From an uncultured Dehalococcoidales bacterium (GTDB lineage Bacteria > Chloroflexota > Dehalococcoidia > GIF9 > AB-539-J10): 64,000 bases of DNA. This document shows, in pieces, positions 1 to 8,431 of the stretch (the first letter of the stretch is position 1; every line of letters starts with the position of its first letter). Below the pieces are notes generated by a model. That model was not told the DNA's origin. It searched no databases and saw nothing but the letters and a program-made list of their open reading frames with translations. The stretch is from assembly GCA_964586515.1 (NCBI GenBank), contig CAZPGJ010000001.1, positions 158,390 through 222,389 of the forward strand. The letters are read 5' to 3'. A program made the position numbers and the translations under genes.

Positions 1-2425
1 CCCCTACGGGATCGACATCTATAGTCCAGCCCCGCGGTAAAGTGAGCTGGGATAATATCCGAGTAGGGTCAGGGCCGCGGATGAAGAGTTGCCAGCGATA
101 CCTGCCCCTGGCTCTAAAGGCAAAAGCCGGCACAGGGCCAATCACACTGAAGTTAGTTATGCCCTCTCGCGCCTTTTCATCAAGAATTAGATGATACACC
201 CTCTCTACTTCATGGCGACATAGCTCTTCATTGGTATGGCTATAAACCAGCCGGACTAATTGGCTAAAAGGGGGATAATTGTATCGGCGGCGATAATCTA
301 TTTCTTTATAATAAAACCCAAGGTAATCATGCTTGGCAGCAGCTTCAATAATGTAGTTATCGGGAGAGTAAGTCTGGATGATAACCTTCCCGGCTTTAAC
401 CCCACGCCCAGCCCTGCCGGCTACCTGACACAGGAGCTGAAAAGTGCGCTCGCTACTTCGGAAATCAGGAAAATTAAGGCCGGTATCAGCATTGATTACC
501 CCGGCCAGGGTCACTTGAGGCAGGTCTAGTCCTTTGGCTATCATCTGGGTGCCAATAAGCACATCTGCCTTGTGGTCACGAAAATTCTTTAACAACTCCT
601 CATGAGCATATCTCCTGGTAATCACATCTCTGTCCCAGCGAAGCAACCTGGCTTCAGGGAAGAAATGCCTTATCTCTTCTTCTACCCTCTGCGTGCCAAT
701 GCCCAGAAGCCTGAGATTGCGCCGAGAACAGCGGGGACAGCTTGGAGATACGGGAATAGAATAGCGGCAGCGATGGCAAATTAGCCTTTTCTCCACTGAA
801 TGGTAAGTTAGCGCTATGGAACAGCGGGGGCAACGAAAGACAAAGCCACAGTTACGACATCGAACAAAGGTAGCTGTGCCCCGACGGTTAAGGAAAAGAA
901 TTATCTGCTCGCCCTGCGCCAGAGTCTCTTCCATGGCAGCTAATAAGGAACGACTAAACAAGCTTGTATTTCCAGCTTTAAGCTCTTCTCTCAAATCTAC
1001 TATGGTTACTTCGGGGAGAGAGGAATAACCACGAGGAGTAATTCTTTCCTTTAGCTCTATAAGTTGATATTCGCCTTGCTGTGCTTTATGGAAACTGCCA
1101 ATGTCAGGGGTTGCACTTCCCAGGATGACAACGGCATCACTGAGTTGAGCCAATTTAATGGCCACGTCGCGGGCATGATAGCGAGGCGATTTATCTTCTT
1201 GCTTGTATGTCCACTCATGCTCTTCATCAATAATGATAAGACCGAGGCTGGGCAAGGGCGCAAATAAGGCGCTCCTCGGCCCGATGACGACATCACAGTT
1301 TCCCTCCATTATCCACTGCCATTCGTCAAACTGCTCACCTGGAGAAAGGCCGCTATGCAGTACTGCCACACGCCCGGGGAAACGACTAGCAAATCTCTCT
1401 ACTGTTTGTTGGGTCAAAGCGATTTCCGGGATAAGGCAAATGCCTCGCTTACCTGCGGCAATAACCTGAGCCAAGGCTCGCAGGTAAATCTCAGTCTTGC
1501 CGCTGCCAGTGACGCCGAAAAGGAGGAAAACCGATGGCTTGCTAGGTTGCCTCGCTTCCTTCACAATGACATCTTGGATCGATTCCCAGGCAGCTTGTTG
1601 AGATGAAGTGAGAACCGGAGGTGGAGAAGTTGTGAGGCTGAGGTGAGATAAGGGGTCACGTCTTATCCTGAGTCTTTCCACTGAGACCAAATGGTGGCTC
1701 TCCAGGGCTTTGATAGTGGCAGGAGAGCAATTGAGACGTTTCCTCAGTTCGCTAATTGAAATAGGTTGAGTCTGCCCGGTCAGAAATTCTAAGAGCTTTG
1801 CCTGTTTATAGGCTCTGGACTTATGCAGGCGAGCCTTCATCACTTCGATTTCCTCTTTGCCAGCTGTTAGCTTAATATAAGGAAGCGTTTTGGGCTTTAC
1901 CTTTGCCTTTTCCAATTCCAGAGTTTGTGTAATTAGCTGATGAGCTAGCAACTGGTCGGTGATTTGCCTGGCTTTTCTTTTGCCAATCGCTTTCTCCAGC
2001 TCAGGCAAGCTTGTCTTCTTTTTCCCTCTCATAATATGAAGGACTTGCTTTTGTTCCGGTGTTAGGGGCAAATCTGCTTGGGAATCCGTTAGCTGAAAGA
2101 AAGTAATAGCCCGCCTCTCAAATCCCGGAGGCAGCATTAAAGCCAGGGCATCGAAAGGAGGGGCAAAATAGTGTTCGCTTATCCACTGGGCAAGCTTTAT
2201 TTGTATCGGGGAAAGCAAAGGAAAGTCAGCAACAATGCCAGCTATTTCCTTGGTTTCTTCAACCGCTGGCTCGTCTGCTAATCGGAGCACAATCCCCTGA
2301 ATGACCCGCGAGCCAAAGGGCACCCATACTGCTTGCCCGGCACTAATTTTGAGCCCCGGCGGTATGGCATAGCAAAAAGTTGACCGGCTCCCCGGTGAAT
2401 TGACTGCCACCTCGGCGTAGTTCAT
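1..2425 (-). CDS. priA: Primosomal protein N' (replication-restart helicase PriA). The 3' end is cut by the window edge; start is the ATG at 2423-2425, overlapping the rplS stop as ATGA.
   Basis: Minus-strand translation is open from 2425 to the window edge with no stop. It carries the PriA N-terminal 3'-DNA-binding region ([12 protein letters not shown]...), helicase motifs (GVTGSGKTEIYL, DEEHE) and the Cys-rich zinc region CRNCG...CPRCS...CHRC...CPRC. It is absent from the ORF track because it lacks an in-window stop. Confidence 0.8.
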   Translation of the reverse strand, partial: MNYAEVAVNSPGSRSTFCYAIPPGLKISAGQAVWVPFGSRVIQGIVLRLADEPAVEETKEIAGIVADFPLLSPIQIKLAQWISEHYFAPPFDALALMLPPGFERRAITFFQLTDSQADLPLTPEQKQVLHIMRGKKKTSLPELEKAIGKRKARQITDQLLAHQLITQTLELEKAKVKPKTLPYIKLTAGKEEIEVMKARLHKSRAYKQAKLLEFLTGQTQPISISELRKRLNCSPATIKALESHHLVSVERLRIRRDPLSHLSLTTSPPPVLTSSQQAAWESIQDVIVKEARQPSKPSVFLLFGVTGSGKTEIYLRALAQVIAAGKRGICLIPEIALTQQTVERFASRFPGRVAVLHSGLSPGEQFDEWQWIMEGNCDVVIGPRSALFAPLPSLGLIIIDEEHEWTYKQEDKSPRYHARDVAIKLAQLSDAVVILGSATPDIGSFHKAQQGEYQLIELKERITPRGYSSLPEVTIVDLREELKAGNTSLFSRSLLAAMEETLAQGEQIILFLNRRGTATFVRCRNCGFVFRCPRCSIALTYHSVEKRLICHRCRYSIPVSPSCPRCSRRNLRLLGIGTQRVEEEIRHFFPEARLLRWDRDVITRRYAHEELLKNFRDHKADVLIGTQMIAKGLDLPQVTLAGVINADTGLNFPDFRSSERTFQLLCQVAGRAGRGVKAGKVIIQTYSPDNYIIEAAAKHDYLGFYYKEIDYRRRYNYPPFSQLVRLVYSHTNEELCRHEVERVYHLILDEKAREGITNFSVIGPVPAFAFRARGRYRWQLFIRGPDPTRILSQLTLPRGWTIDVDPVG

Positions 2426-2826
2426 TCAGAGGACTGTTCTTCTTTGCGAGGTTCTTCCTCTTGAGGCATGGCTTGCTCCAGTGCCCTTTCTCGCCTTTCC
2501 TTAAGTCGGGCCTGTTTAACGCTGAGCCTGCGCATATAATAGAGTTTGGCTCGGTGCACCTGCCCATGCCTGAGCACCACCACATCTTGCACAGAAGGGG
2601 ATTGGAAGGGAAAAGTACGTTCCACTCCAATGCCGTAAGACACCCTCCTCACCGTAAAGCTTCCACCATCAACGCCCTTCCTCATTTTAATCACCACCCC
2701 TTGAAAGTGTTGCAGTCGCTCTTTATCCCCTTCCATAGCCTTCAAACTAACCTTGACCGTGTCGCCAGGGGAAATTTGAGGAATGTTGGGGTTCATTTTG
2801 GGTTTAACAAATTCTCTAACATCCAT
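2422..2826 (-). CDS. rplS: 50S ribosomal protein L19
   Basis: 134-aa ORF whose N-terminus ([26 protein letters not shown]...) matches the L19 pattern. Adjacent to trmD in the conserved order. Confidence 0.85.
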   Translation of the reverse strand: MDVREFVKPKMNPNIPQISPGDTVKVSLKAMEGDKERLQHFQGVVIKMRKGVDGGSFTVRRVSYGIGVERTFPFQSPSVQDVVVLRHGQVHRAKLYYMRRLSVKQARLKERRERALEQAMPQEEEPRKEEQSSE

Positions 2827-3533
2827 TTCCTTTCCTCATCGCAGATATTGCCCTTCTCCAAGAGGTCAGGGCGTCGTTTCGCCGTACGCAGGATAGCCTG
2901 ACGGCGTCGCCATTGAGCAATTTCGCCATGATTCCCTGAAAGCAAAACCGAGGGGACTGACCAACCTCGATATGACGGAGGTCTGGTATATTGGGGATAC
3001 TCTAAAAGCCCGTTGCTATGAGAATCACTACTGACAGAATCCTGTGAGCCAAGCACTCCCGGTATAAGCCTGACGACAGCATCCACCACAACCAAGGCAG
3101 CTAATTCCCCCCCACTAAGTACATAATCCCCGATACTGATTTCATCAGTAGCCAAGTACTCACACACTCTCTCGTCTAAACCTTCGTAATGGCCACAAAT
3201 CAACATCAGACGAGGGTGGAGGGCGAGTTCCTGAGCCACTGATTGAGAAAAAAGCCTGCCCTGAGGAGTGAGTAATATGATGGGCATCTCACTTACACCA
3301 AGCTGCTGTTTTATCGTCTCTGCTGCCTCAAAGATAGGCTCGGGCTTGAGCACCATACCAGGTCCACCGCCATAGGGATAATCATCCGCAGTATGATGTT
3401 TGTCATGGGTATAGTCGCGAATATCATGAATGACGATGTTCACCAATCCTTGCTCTTGAGCACGCTTAATGATGCTTTGGTTAAGTGGAGAGTCAAACAT
3501 TTCAGGGAAGAGACACAAAATATCAATACGCAT
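2793..3533 (-). CDS. trmD: tRNA (guanine37-N1)-methyltransferase TrmD
   Basis: ORF 2793..3575; conserved N-terminus [13 protein letters not shown] begins at the internal Met (start ~3533). SPOUT-class TrmD motifs present ([15 protein letters not shown]). 3' end overlaps rplS. Confidence 0.8.
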   Translation of the reverse strand: MRIDILCLFPEMFDSPLNQSIIKRAQEQGLVNIVIHDIRDYTHDKHHTADDYPYGGGPGMVLKPEPIFEAAETIKQQLGVSEMPIILLTPQGRLFSQSVAQELALHPRLMLICGHYEGLDERVCEYLATDEISIGDYVLSGGELAALVVVDAVVRLIPGVLGSQDSVSSDSHSNGLLEYPQYTRPPSYRGWSVPSVLLSGNHGEIAQWRRRQAILRTAKRRPDLLEKGNICDEERKWMLENLLNPK

Positions 3534-3722
3534 GGATTCCCCCAATAAAAACCTTCGAAATGCATATCTTACCATGCAGACGGCGATAAAAGAAAGTCTG
3601 GTGTTTCTCAGCGACTTTGGCTTTCAGAGAGCCGTGTATCCCTTAGACCACATTTAGCACTACTTTTTCTTAATCCCCAACACGAAATTTATTCAAAAAT
3701 TCAAAAAAAGGTGCAAAAAGTA

Positions 3723-3750
3723 TTGACAAAATAAAGACAGGGTTTATAAT
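3723..3750 (+). promoter_or_regulatory. Putative sigma-70-type promoter of the mraZ-rsmH-ftsA-ftsZ operon (-35 TTGACA 3723-3728, 16-nt spacer, -10 TATAAT 3745-3750)
   Basis: Exact consensus hexamers read directly from the sequence, about 100 nt upstream of the mraZ start. Confidence 0.5.
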
Positions 3751-3757
3751 TAGGATT

Positions 3758-3781
3758 GTGGGGAAAAGTGGGGAAAAGGGG
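3758..3781 (+). promoter_or_regulatory. Putative MraZ operator: direct repeats GTGGGGAAAA GTGGGGAAAA GGGG (10-bp period), with a further GTGGGGAAC at ~3829
   Basis: TGGGG direct repeats with one-helical-turn spacing just downstream of the -10 and upstream of mraZ. MraZ in other bacteria is known to bind arrays of GTGGG-type direct repeats in its own promoter. Confidence 0.4.
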
Positions 3782-3852
3782 TAAATAAGATATAATAGAC
3801 GAGATAAGCGTGGTAAGAGCGAGAGGTTTTGTGGGGAACTGAGGTAAGTAAG

Positions 3853-4278
3853 ATGTTTTTCGGTGAGTATCCATATAAGGTTGATGAAAAGGGAAGAGTC
3901 CCTCTGCCGCCAAAATTCCGGCGAGAGATGAAGGACGGCGTGATATTAGTCAAGGGAATGGGAGAGAAATGCATCGCCGTTTACCCAATATCAGAATTGA
4001 AGAGATTGTCCGACAAGCTTGCTGAGAAGGCAGTAACTCCAGCTAACCTGAGGAAATTGAACCGCGCCATCTTCGGCTCCGCCTTCAGTGCCTCCTTTGA
4101 TGGGCAAGGCCGGATAAAATTGCCAGACCCCTTGCGTGACTACGCTAAGATTGCTGACACAGCGATTGTTGTCGGCGCCAATACCCGTGTTGAACTCTGG
4201 AGCGACGAGGGATGGAAGGCTGAGCAAACAGCGGCCGAGGAGCAGGCATCACAGATAATTGAGAGTTTTGGAGCATAG
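3853..4278 (+). CDS. mraZ: Transcriptional regulator MraZ
   Basis: ORF 3829..4278. Likely start is the ATG at 3853 (MFFGEYPYKVDEKGRVPLP...) preceded by GAGGTAAG. Duplicated MraZ/SpoVT-AbrB-type halves and position upstream of rsmH support the call. Confidence 0.85.
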   Translation: MFFGEYPYKVDEKGRVPLPPKFRREMKDGVILVKGMGEKCIAVYPISELKRLSDKLAEKAVTPANLRKLNRAIFGSAFSASFDGQGRIKLPDPLRDYAKIADTAIVVGANTRVELWSDEGWKAEQTAAEEQASQIIESFGA

Positions 4279-4281
4279 TGA

Positions 4282-5220
4282 ATGAGCGTCGCCATGTCCG
4301 TGCCCGTCCACGTACCTGCTCTGCTTGATGAAGTTATAGCAGGGCTACAGCCTCGTCGAGGTGGTTACTTCATTGACTGTACCGTCGGTCTGGGGGGACA
4401 CGCAGCAGCCATACTGGAAAGAATCTTACCATCAGGAAGGCTTCTAGGCATTGATGCCGATCCTGAAGCCATCAAAATAAGTCAAGATAGACTTAGCAAC
4501 TATGGCGAAGCAGTTATTTTAGTTAATGACAACTTTGTTAACCTTGAGGCCATCTGCGAAAGATACCACTTTCATCCAGTTGATGGTATTCTTTTCGACC
4601 TTGGTGTTTCTTCTCTGCAACTGGATACAGCCGAACGTGGCTTCAGCTTCCAGCTCGATGCTCCCCTAAATATGAGGTTCGACTCAAGGCAAGAGTTAAC
4701 CGCAGCGGAGATCGTCAACAGCTTCTCCGAGCAAGAGTTGGCCAAGCTCATAGAAAGATACGGTGAAGAGCATCACAGCCGGCGGATAGCGCGGTACATC
4801 GTTCAAAATCGCCCTGTCGCTACCACTATGGAGCTTGCTCGCTTGATAGAGCAAGTTTCAGGCGGCAAGCGTACCAAAATTCACCCTGCCACAAGAACCT
4901 TCATGGCGCTTCGCATCGCGGTCAACAGTGAACTACAGAATCTGGAGCTGGCTCTCCAACAAACTCTCAACCTCCTTCGCCCCGGGGGGAGATTAACAGT
5001 CATTAGTTATCATTCTCTGGAAGACCGTATAGTTAAGCAATTCATGCGATACGCAGCCAGCAGTTGCCTGTGTCCCCCGGGAACAGTAATATGCCGCTGT
5101 GGGCATGTGCCTACCTTGAAGCTCATCTCACGGAAGGTTATCAAACCTACCTCGTTGGAGATAGAATCCAACCCACGCAGCCGCAGCGCCAGATTAAGGA
5201 TAGCTGAGCGACTCAACTAG
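4282..5220 (+). CDS. rsmH: 16S rRNA (cytosine1402-N4)-methyltransferase RsmH (MraW)
   Basis: 312 aa with HVPALLDEV...GGYFIDCTVGLGGHA SAM-binding motif; conserved position after mraZ. Confidence 0.9.
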   Translation: MSVAMSVPVHVPALLDEVIAGLQPRRGGYFIDCTVGLGGHAAAILERILPSGRLLGIDADPEAIKISQDRLSNYGEAVILVNDNFVNLEAICERYHFHPVDGILFDLGVSSLQLDTAERGFSFQLDAPLNMRFDSRQELTAAEIVNSFSEQELAKLIERYGEEHHSRRIARYIVQNRPVATTMELARLIEQVSGGKRTKIHPATRTFMALRIAVNSELQNLELALQQTLNLLRPGGRLTVISYHSLEDRIVKQFMRYAASSCLCPPGTVICRCGHVPTLKLISRKVIKPTSLEIESNPRSRSARLRIAERLN

Positions 5221-5249
5221 GCAGCATTCTCTCAAAAAAGGAGGTGAAA

Positions 5250-6467
5250 ATGGCAAAGAAAATCATTTCAGCTATTGATGTGGGCACAACTAAAATAGCC
5301 ACTCTCGTGGCTAATGTCAAAGCGGAAGATGACATTGAAATTTTAGGAGTGGGAGTCGTTCCCTCTCACGGCCTACATAAAGGCATCGTAGTTAATATGG
5401 ATGAAGCCAAACAATCCATTGCCACATCTATAAAGGAAGCTCAAAGAGTTAGTGGCATACGTATAGATTCTGCCTATGTTGGGGTTACCGGCAGACATAT
5501 AAGTAGTCTGAATAATCGGGGGGTAATATCTATCCCGCGAGATGATCGACTGGTGCGCACTCAGGACCTTAAGCGGGCGCTATCTGCGGCTCGTAATATC
5601 ACCGTCGCCGAAGGAAAGAAGGTGCTCCATGCTATTCCTCGATACTACGCCCTGGACGGACAGGAGGGAGTGAAACAGCCGGTAGGCATGCATGCGCACA
5701 GGTTAGATGTAGAAACCCATATCATCACTGCTTCAGTGACTTCGATACAAAACCTGGCTAAATGCGTCCGCAGTATCGGTGTTGACGTTGAAGACCTCAT
5801 CCTTGAGCCCCTGGCTAGCGGAGAGGCAGTATTGACTCCGGAGGAAAGAGACACGGGTGTTATTATGGCTGACATGGGGGGCGGGACCACGGATATAGCG
5901 GTATTTAAGAATGGCAGCATCTATCACACCGCTATCATTCCAGTAGCCGGTTACCAGGTAACCAGCGATATCTCTATAGGCTTGGGCCTGCCTTTTAATA
6001 TTGCGGAAAAGATGAAGAAGAGATATGGCAACGTCACCCCCACTTTAGAGCTTGACGAAACGGTCCAAGTGGGTATCGAAAATGGTCATAGCGCCTCTTA
6101 TAAAGACCTATGCAATATCATCCGGGCTCGCATGGAGGAGTTGCTCCAACTCATATTAATGGAGATGCCCACTAGCGATTATAATGCTTTGGCGCCTTGT
6201 GGTTTAGTGCTCACAGGTGGCACAGCTAACTTACCCGGGCTTGACGAGTTAGGACAGTCAATTTTGCGAATTCCGGTACGCAAAGGCCGACCTCTGAACA
6301 CGGGTATCTATGGCATTTCCGATATCCTTCACGACCCGTCTTACGCTACCACCGTGGGATTAGTCCTCTGGCCGGTACGGGGTAAAGAGGGCTCGGATTT
6401 ACAAGTAAAAAGCGCTGGTGTCTGGGGCAACTTTGTAAATCTATTTAGAAGGCTGTTCCGTGCCTGA
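5250..6467 (+). CDS. ftsA: Cell division protein FtsA (actin-like ATPase)
   Basis: ORF 5244..6467; start ATG 5250 after AAAGGAGGTG. N-terminal ISAIDVGTTKIATLVA phosphate-1 motif and actin/Hsp70 fold signatures. Confidence 0.85.
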   Translation: MAKKIISAIDVGTTKIATLVANVKAEDDIEILGVGVVPSHGLHKGIVVNMDEAKQSIATSIKEAQRVSGIRIDSAYVGVTGRHISSLNNRGVISIPRDDRLVRTQDLKRALSAARNITVAEGKKVLHAIPRYYALDGQEGVKQPVGMHAHRLDVETHIITASVTSIQNLAKCVRSIGVDVEDLILEPLASGEAVLTPEERDTGVIMADMGGGTTDIAVFKNGSIYHTAIIPVAGYQVTSDISIGLGLPFNIAEKMKKRYGNVTPTLELDETVQVGIENGHSASYKDLCNIIRARMEELLQLILMEMPTSDYNALAPCGLVLTGGTANLPGLDELGQSILRIPVRKGRPLNTGIYGISDILHDPSYATTVGLVLWPVRGKEGSDLQVKSAGVWGNFVNLFRRLFRA

Positions 6468-6486
6468 TTTGTGAAAGGAGGTTAGA

Positions 6487-7617
6487 ATGGCAAAACAAAT
6501 TTATACTCCAAGTCCAGCAAAAATCAAAGCTATAGGTATTGGGGGCGGCGGCTCCAATGCTATTACTCGTATGGTCCGCGAGGGTATAAAAGGCGTTGAC
6601 TTCGTAGCCATGAATACCGATGGTCAAGCACTAGCTTTGGCCGAGGCTCCTACCAGAATTCAACTGGGCGAGAAATTGACCAAGGGTCTGGGCGCTGGTG
6701 GTGACCATAAGGTTGGAGCCAAGGCAGCGGAAGAAAGCTGCGACATAATTGAAGACCTCGTGCAAGGTGCTGATATGGTGTTTATTGCCGCCGGTATGGG
6801 CGGTGGCACTGGCACAGGTGGCATCCCTGTAGTGGCTGAAGTAGCTAAAAAGAGTGGTGCTCTCACCATCGCAGTGGTGACCAAACCCTTTAATTTCGAG
6901 GGGACGCATAGAAAACAAGTAGCCGAGGAAGGACTGATTAACCTCTCGAACAAGGTTGATACACTTATCATCATACCTAATGACCGCCTTCTTCAGCTTT
7001 GCGATGCCAAGACGAGTATAGACAACGCCTTCAGGCTGGCTGACGATGCTCTTCGTTTGGGGGTCCAGGCTATCTCCGAAGTAGTTACCGTCCCGGGACT
7101 GATCAACCTGGACTTCGCTGATATTAAATCGGTAATGAAAGATGCTGGCCCAGCCTGGATGTCTGTGGGTAAAGCCGGTGGCCAAAGTCGCGCTGCTGAA
7201 GCGGCTAAGGCTGCTATGGCTAGCCCCTTGCTTGACGTATCCATAAGCGGAGCCACAGGGGTGCTATTCAATATTACTGGTGGCCCAAGTCTTACCCTGT
7301 TTGAGTGTAATGAGGCTGCTCAGGTAGTTGGTCAAGCAGTGGACCCCGACGCCAACATAATCTTCGGCGTGGTCTTTGACCCCAAGATGGATAGCGAGGT
7401 TCGAATTACCGTTATCGCCACTGGCTTCGCTAAGACACCCGGCGGAGGAGTACGCAGCGCCGAGGAACTGCGTCGTCTGATAAGAGGCGGCACCGATGCT
7501 CTTGATATGCCCTCGTTCCTGCGCCGCACTCCCCGTTTTCCAGTTTCCCGTCTGGAGAGCAAGTCCCAAACTAACACACCGGCTACTCCAGAGCCGACCC
7601 AATTCTCTCGACAGTAA
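6487..7617 (+). CDS. ftsZ: Cell division GTPase FtsZ
   Basis: Tubulin signature GGGTGTG, T7 loop NxDxAD, 376 aa. Confidence 0.95.
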   Translation: MAKQIYTPSPAKIKAIGIGGGGSNAITRMVREGIKGVDFVAMNTDGQALALAEAPTRIQLGEKLTKGLGAGGDHKVGAKAAEESCDIIEDLVQGADMVFIAAGMGGGTGTGGIPVVAEVAKKSGALTIAVVTKPFNFEGTHRKQVAEEGLINLSNKVDTLIIIPNDRLLQLCDAKTSIDNAFRLADDALRLGVQAISEVVTVPGLINLDFADIKSVMKDAGPAWMSVGKAGGQSRAAEAAKAAMASPLLDVSISGATGVLFNITGGPSLTLFECNEAAQVVGQAVDPDANIIFGVVFDPKMDSEVRITVIATGFAKTPGGGVRSAEELRRLIRGGTDALDMPSFLRRTPRFPVSRLESKSQTNTPATPEPTQFSRQ

Positions 7618-7631
7618 ACCTAAACCTCATT

Positions 7632-7665
7632 GGGGAAAAGGGTAGCTCACGCTACCCTTTTCCCC
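7632..7665 (+). terminator. Perfect 15-bp-stem hairpin GGGGAAAAGGGTAGC-tcac-GCTACCCTTTTCCCC directly after the ftsZ stop
   Basis: Inverted repeat read from the sequence. No T-tract follows, so this is a structured 3' element rather than a canonical intrinsic terminator. Confidence 0.4.
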
Positions 7666-7686
7666 AACAACGCTGTAACAAATCCC

Positions 7687-7728
7687 CCCAGCACTCAGAG
7701 CTCTGAGTGCTGGGTTGCATTATTTTTA
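7687..7728 (+). terminator. Intrinsic terminator downstream of ftsZ: palindrome CCCAGCACTCAG-agct-CTGAGTGCTGGG followed by a T-rich tract. This is copy 1 of the CCCAGCACTCA palindromic repeat family.
   Basis: 12-bp perfect stem with a 4-nt loop and a TTGCATTATTTTTAT tail, at the end of the dcw operon. Confidence 0.6.
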
Positions 7729-7743
7729 TAATTGTGTCATAAT
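7715..7743 (+). promoter_or_regulatory. Putative pyr operon promoter (-35 TTGCAT 7715-7720, 17-nt spacer, extended -10 TGtCATAAT 7735-7743)
   Basis: Hexamers with canonical spacing, upstream of the PyrR-binding leader. Confidence 0.4.
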
Positions 7744-7760
7744 TAATTAGACCTTTAAAT

Positions 7761-7858
7761 CAGTCCAGTGAGGCTGGTAAGGGGTGATATGCTTAAGCCC
7801 ACCGCAATAAAAGCATCAACTGAGACCTCTTGCCAGTTTGAAGGCAGGGGGTTTTTTT
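7761..7858 (+). promoter_or_regulatory. PyrR-responsive attenuator. Binding-loop motif CAGTCCAGTGAGGCTGG at 7761-7777. Terminator hairpin CCTCTTGCC-agtttgaa-GGCAGGGGG plus a T7 tract at 7826-7858, immediately before pyrR.
   Basis: The motif matches the conserved PyrR RNA-binding loop (ARUCCAGAGAGGCU-like) known from Bacillus pyr leaders. A stem plus U-run lies just upstream of the pyrR start. Confidence 0.55.
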
Positions 7859-7859
7859 G

Positions 7860-8405
7860 ATGCCTGAAAAGATTCTCCTGACCTCAAGGGAGATGGAGCG
7901 GGCGTTAGCTCGTATCGCCCACGAGATTGTAGAAAAAAATAAGGGTGCGGAAGGAGTTGTGCTCGTAGGCATGCGAACTCGGGGAGTGCCTTTAGCCAAG
8001 CGCATAGCTAAAATAATCGAAGGCTTCGAAGGAATCCCGATTCCCGTGGGTGCTCTGGACATTGGCCTTTATCGCGATGACATCTCACCCTCGGAATTAA
8101 AGTCGGCGAACCAGAGCCATACTGATATCCCTACTGGAATCACCAATAGGCAAGTAATCCTGGTTGACGATGTTCTCTATACTGGACGGAGCATTCGCGC
8201 CGCTATGGATGCCCTGATAGATTTGGGGCGTCCGAAGGCTATCCAATTAGCTGTGCTGATCGACCGTGGCCATCGAGAACTTCCCATTCGGGCCGATTAT
8301 GTCGGTAAAAATATACCAAGCTCTAAAGACGAAGAGATACAAGTTCAACTGGCGGAGGTTGATGGTGTAGACAAGGTGGTAATCGTTAATATGTCCAACG
8401 GGTAA
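7860..8405 (+). CDS. pyrR: Bifunctional pyr operon attenuation regulator / uracil phosphoribosyltransferase PyrR
   Basis: ORF 7857..8405 (TTG then ATG; ATG 7860 preferred). PRTase motif [17 protein letters not shown] and PyrR-family N-terminus. Confidence 0.85.
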   Translation: MPEKILLTSREMERALARIAHEIVEKNKGAEGVVLVGMRTRGVPLAKRIAKIIEGFEGIPIPVGALDIGLYRDDISPSELKSANQSHTDIPTGITNRQVILVDDVLYTGRSIRAAMDALIDLGRPKAIQLAVLIDRGHRELPIRADYVGKNIPSSKDEEIQVQLAEVDGVDKVVIVNMSNG

Positions 8406-8431
8406 CTAGAGGAAATTGAGGGGGAGACATC

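Noticed and set aside
2343-2901. ORFs 2343-2630 (minus) and 2461-2901 (plus) around rplS/priA
   Set aside because: They overlap the well-supported priA 5' end or rplS in alternative frames or strands with no motif support.
3701-3974. ORFs 3701-3913 and 3750-3974 (minus) over the mraZ promoter region
   Set aside because: They overlap the AT-rich promoter/operator and the 5' end of mraZ on the opposite strand, with low-complexity translation. Spurious.
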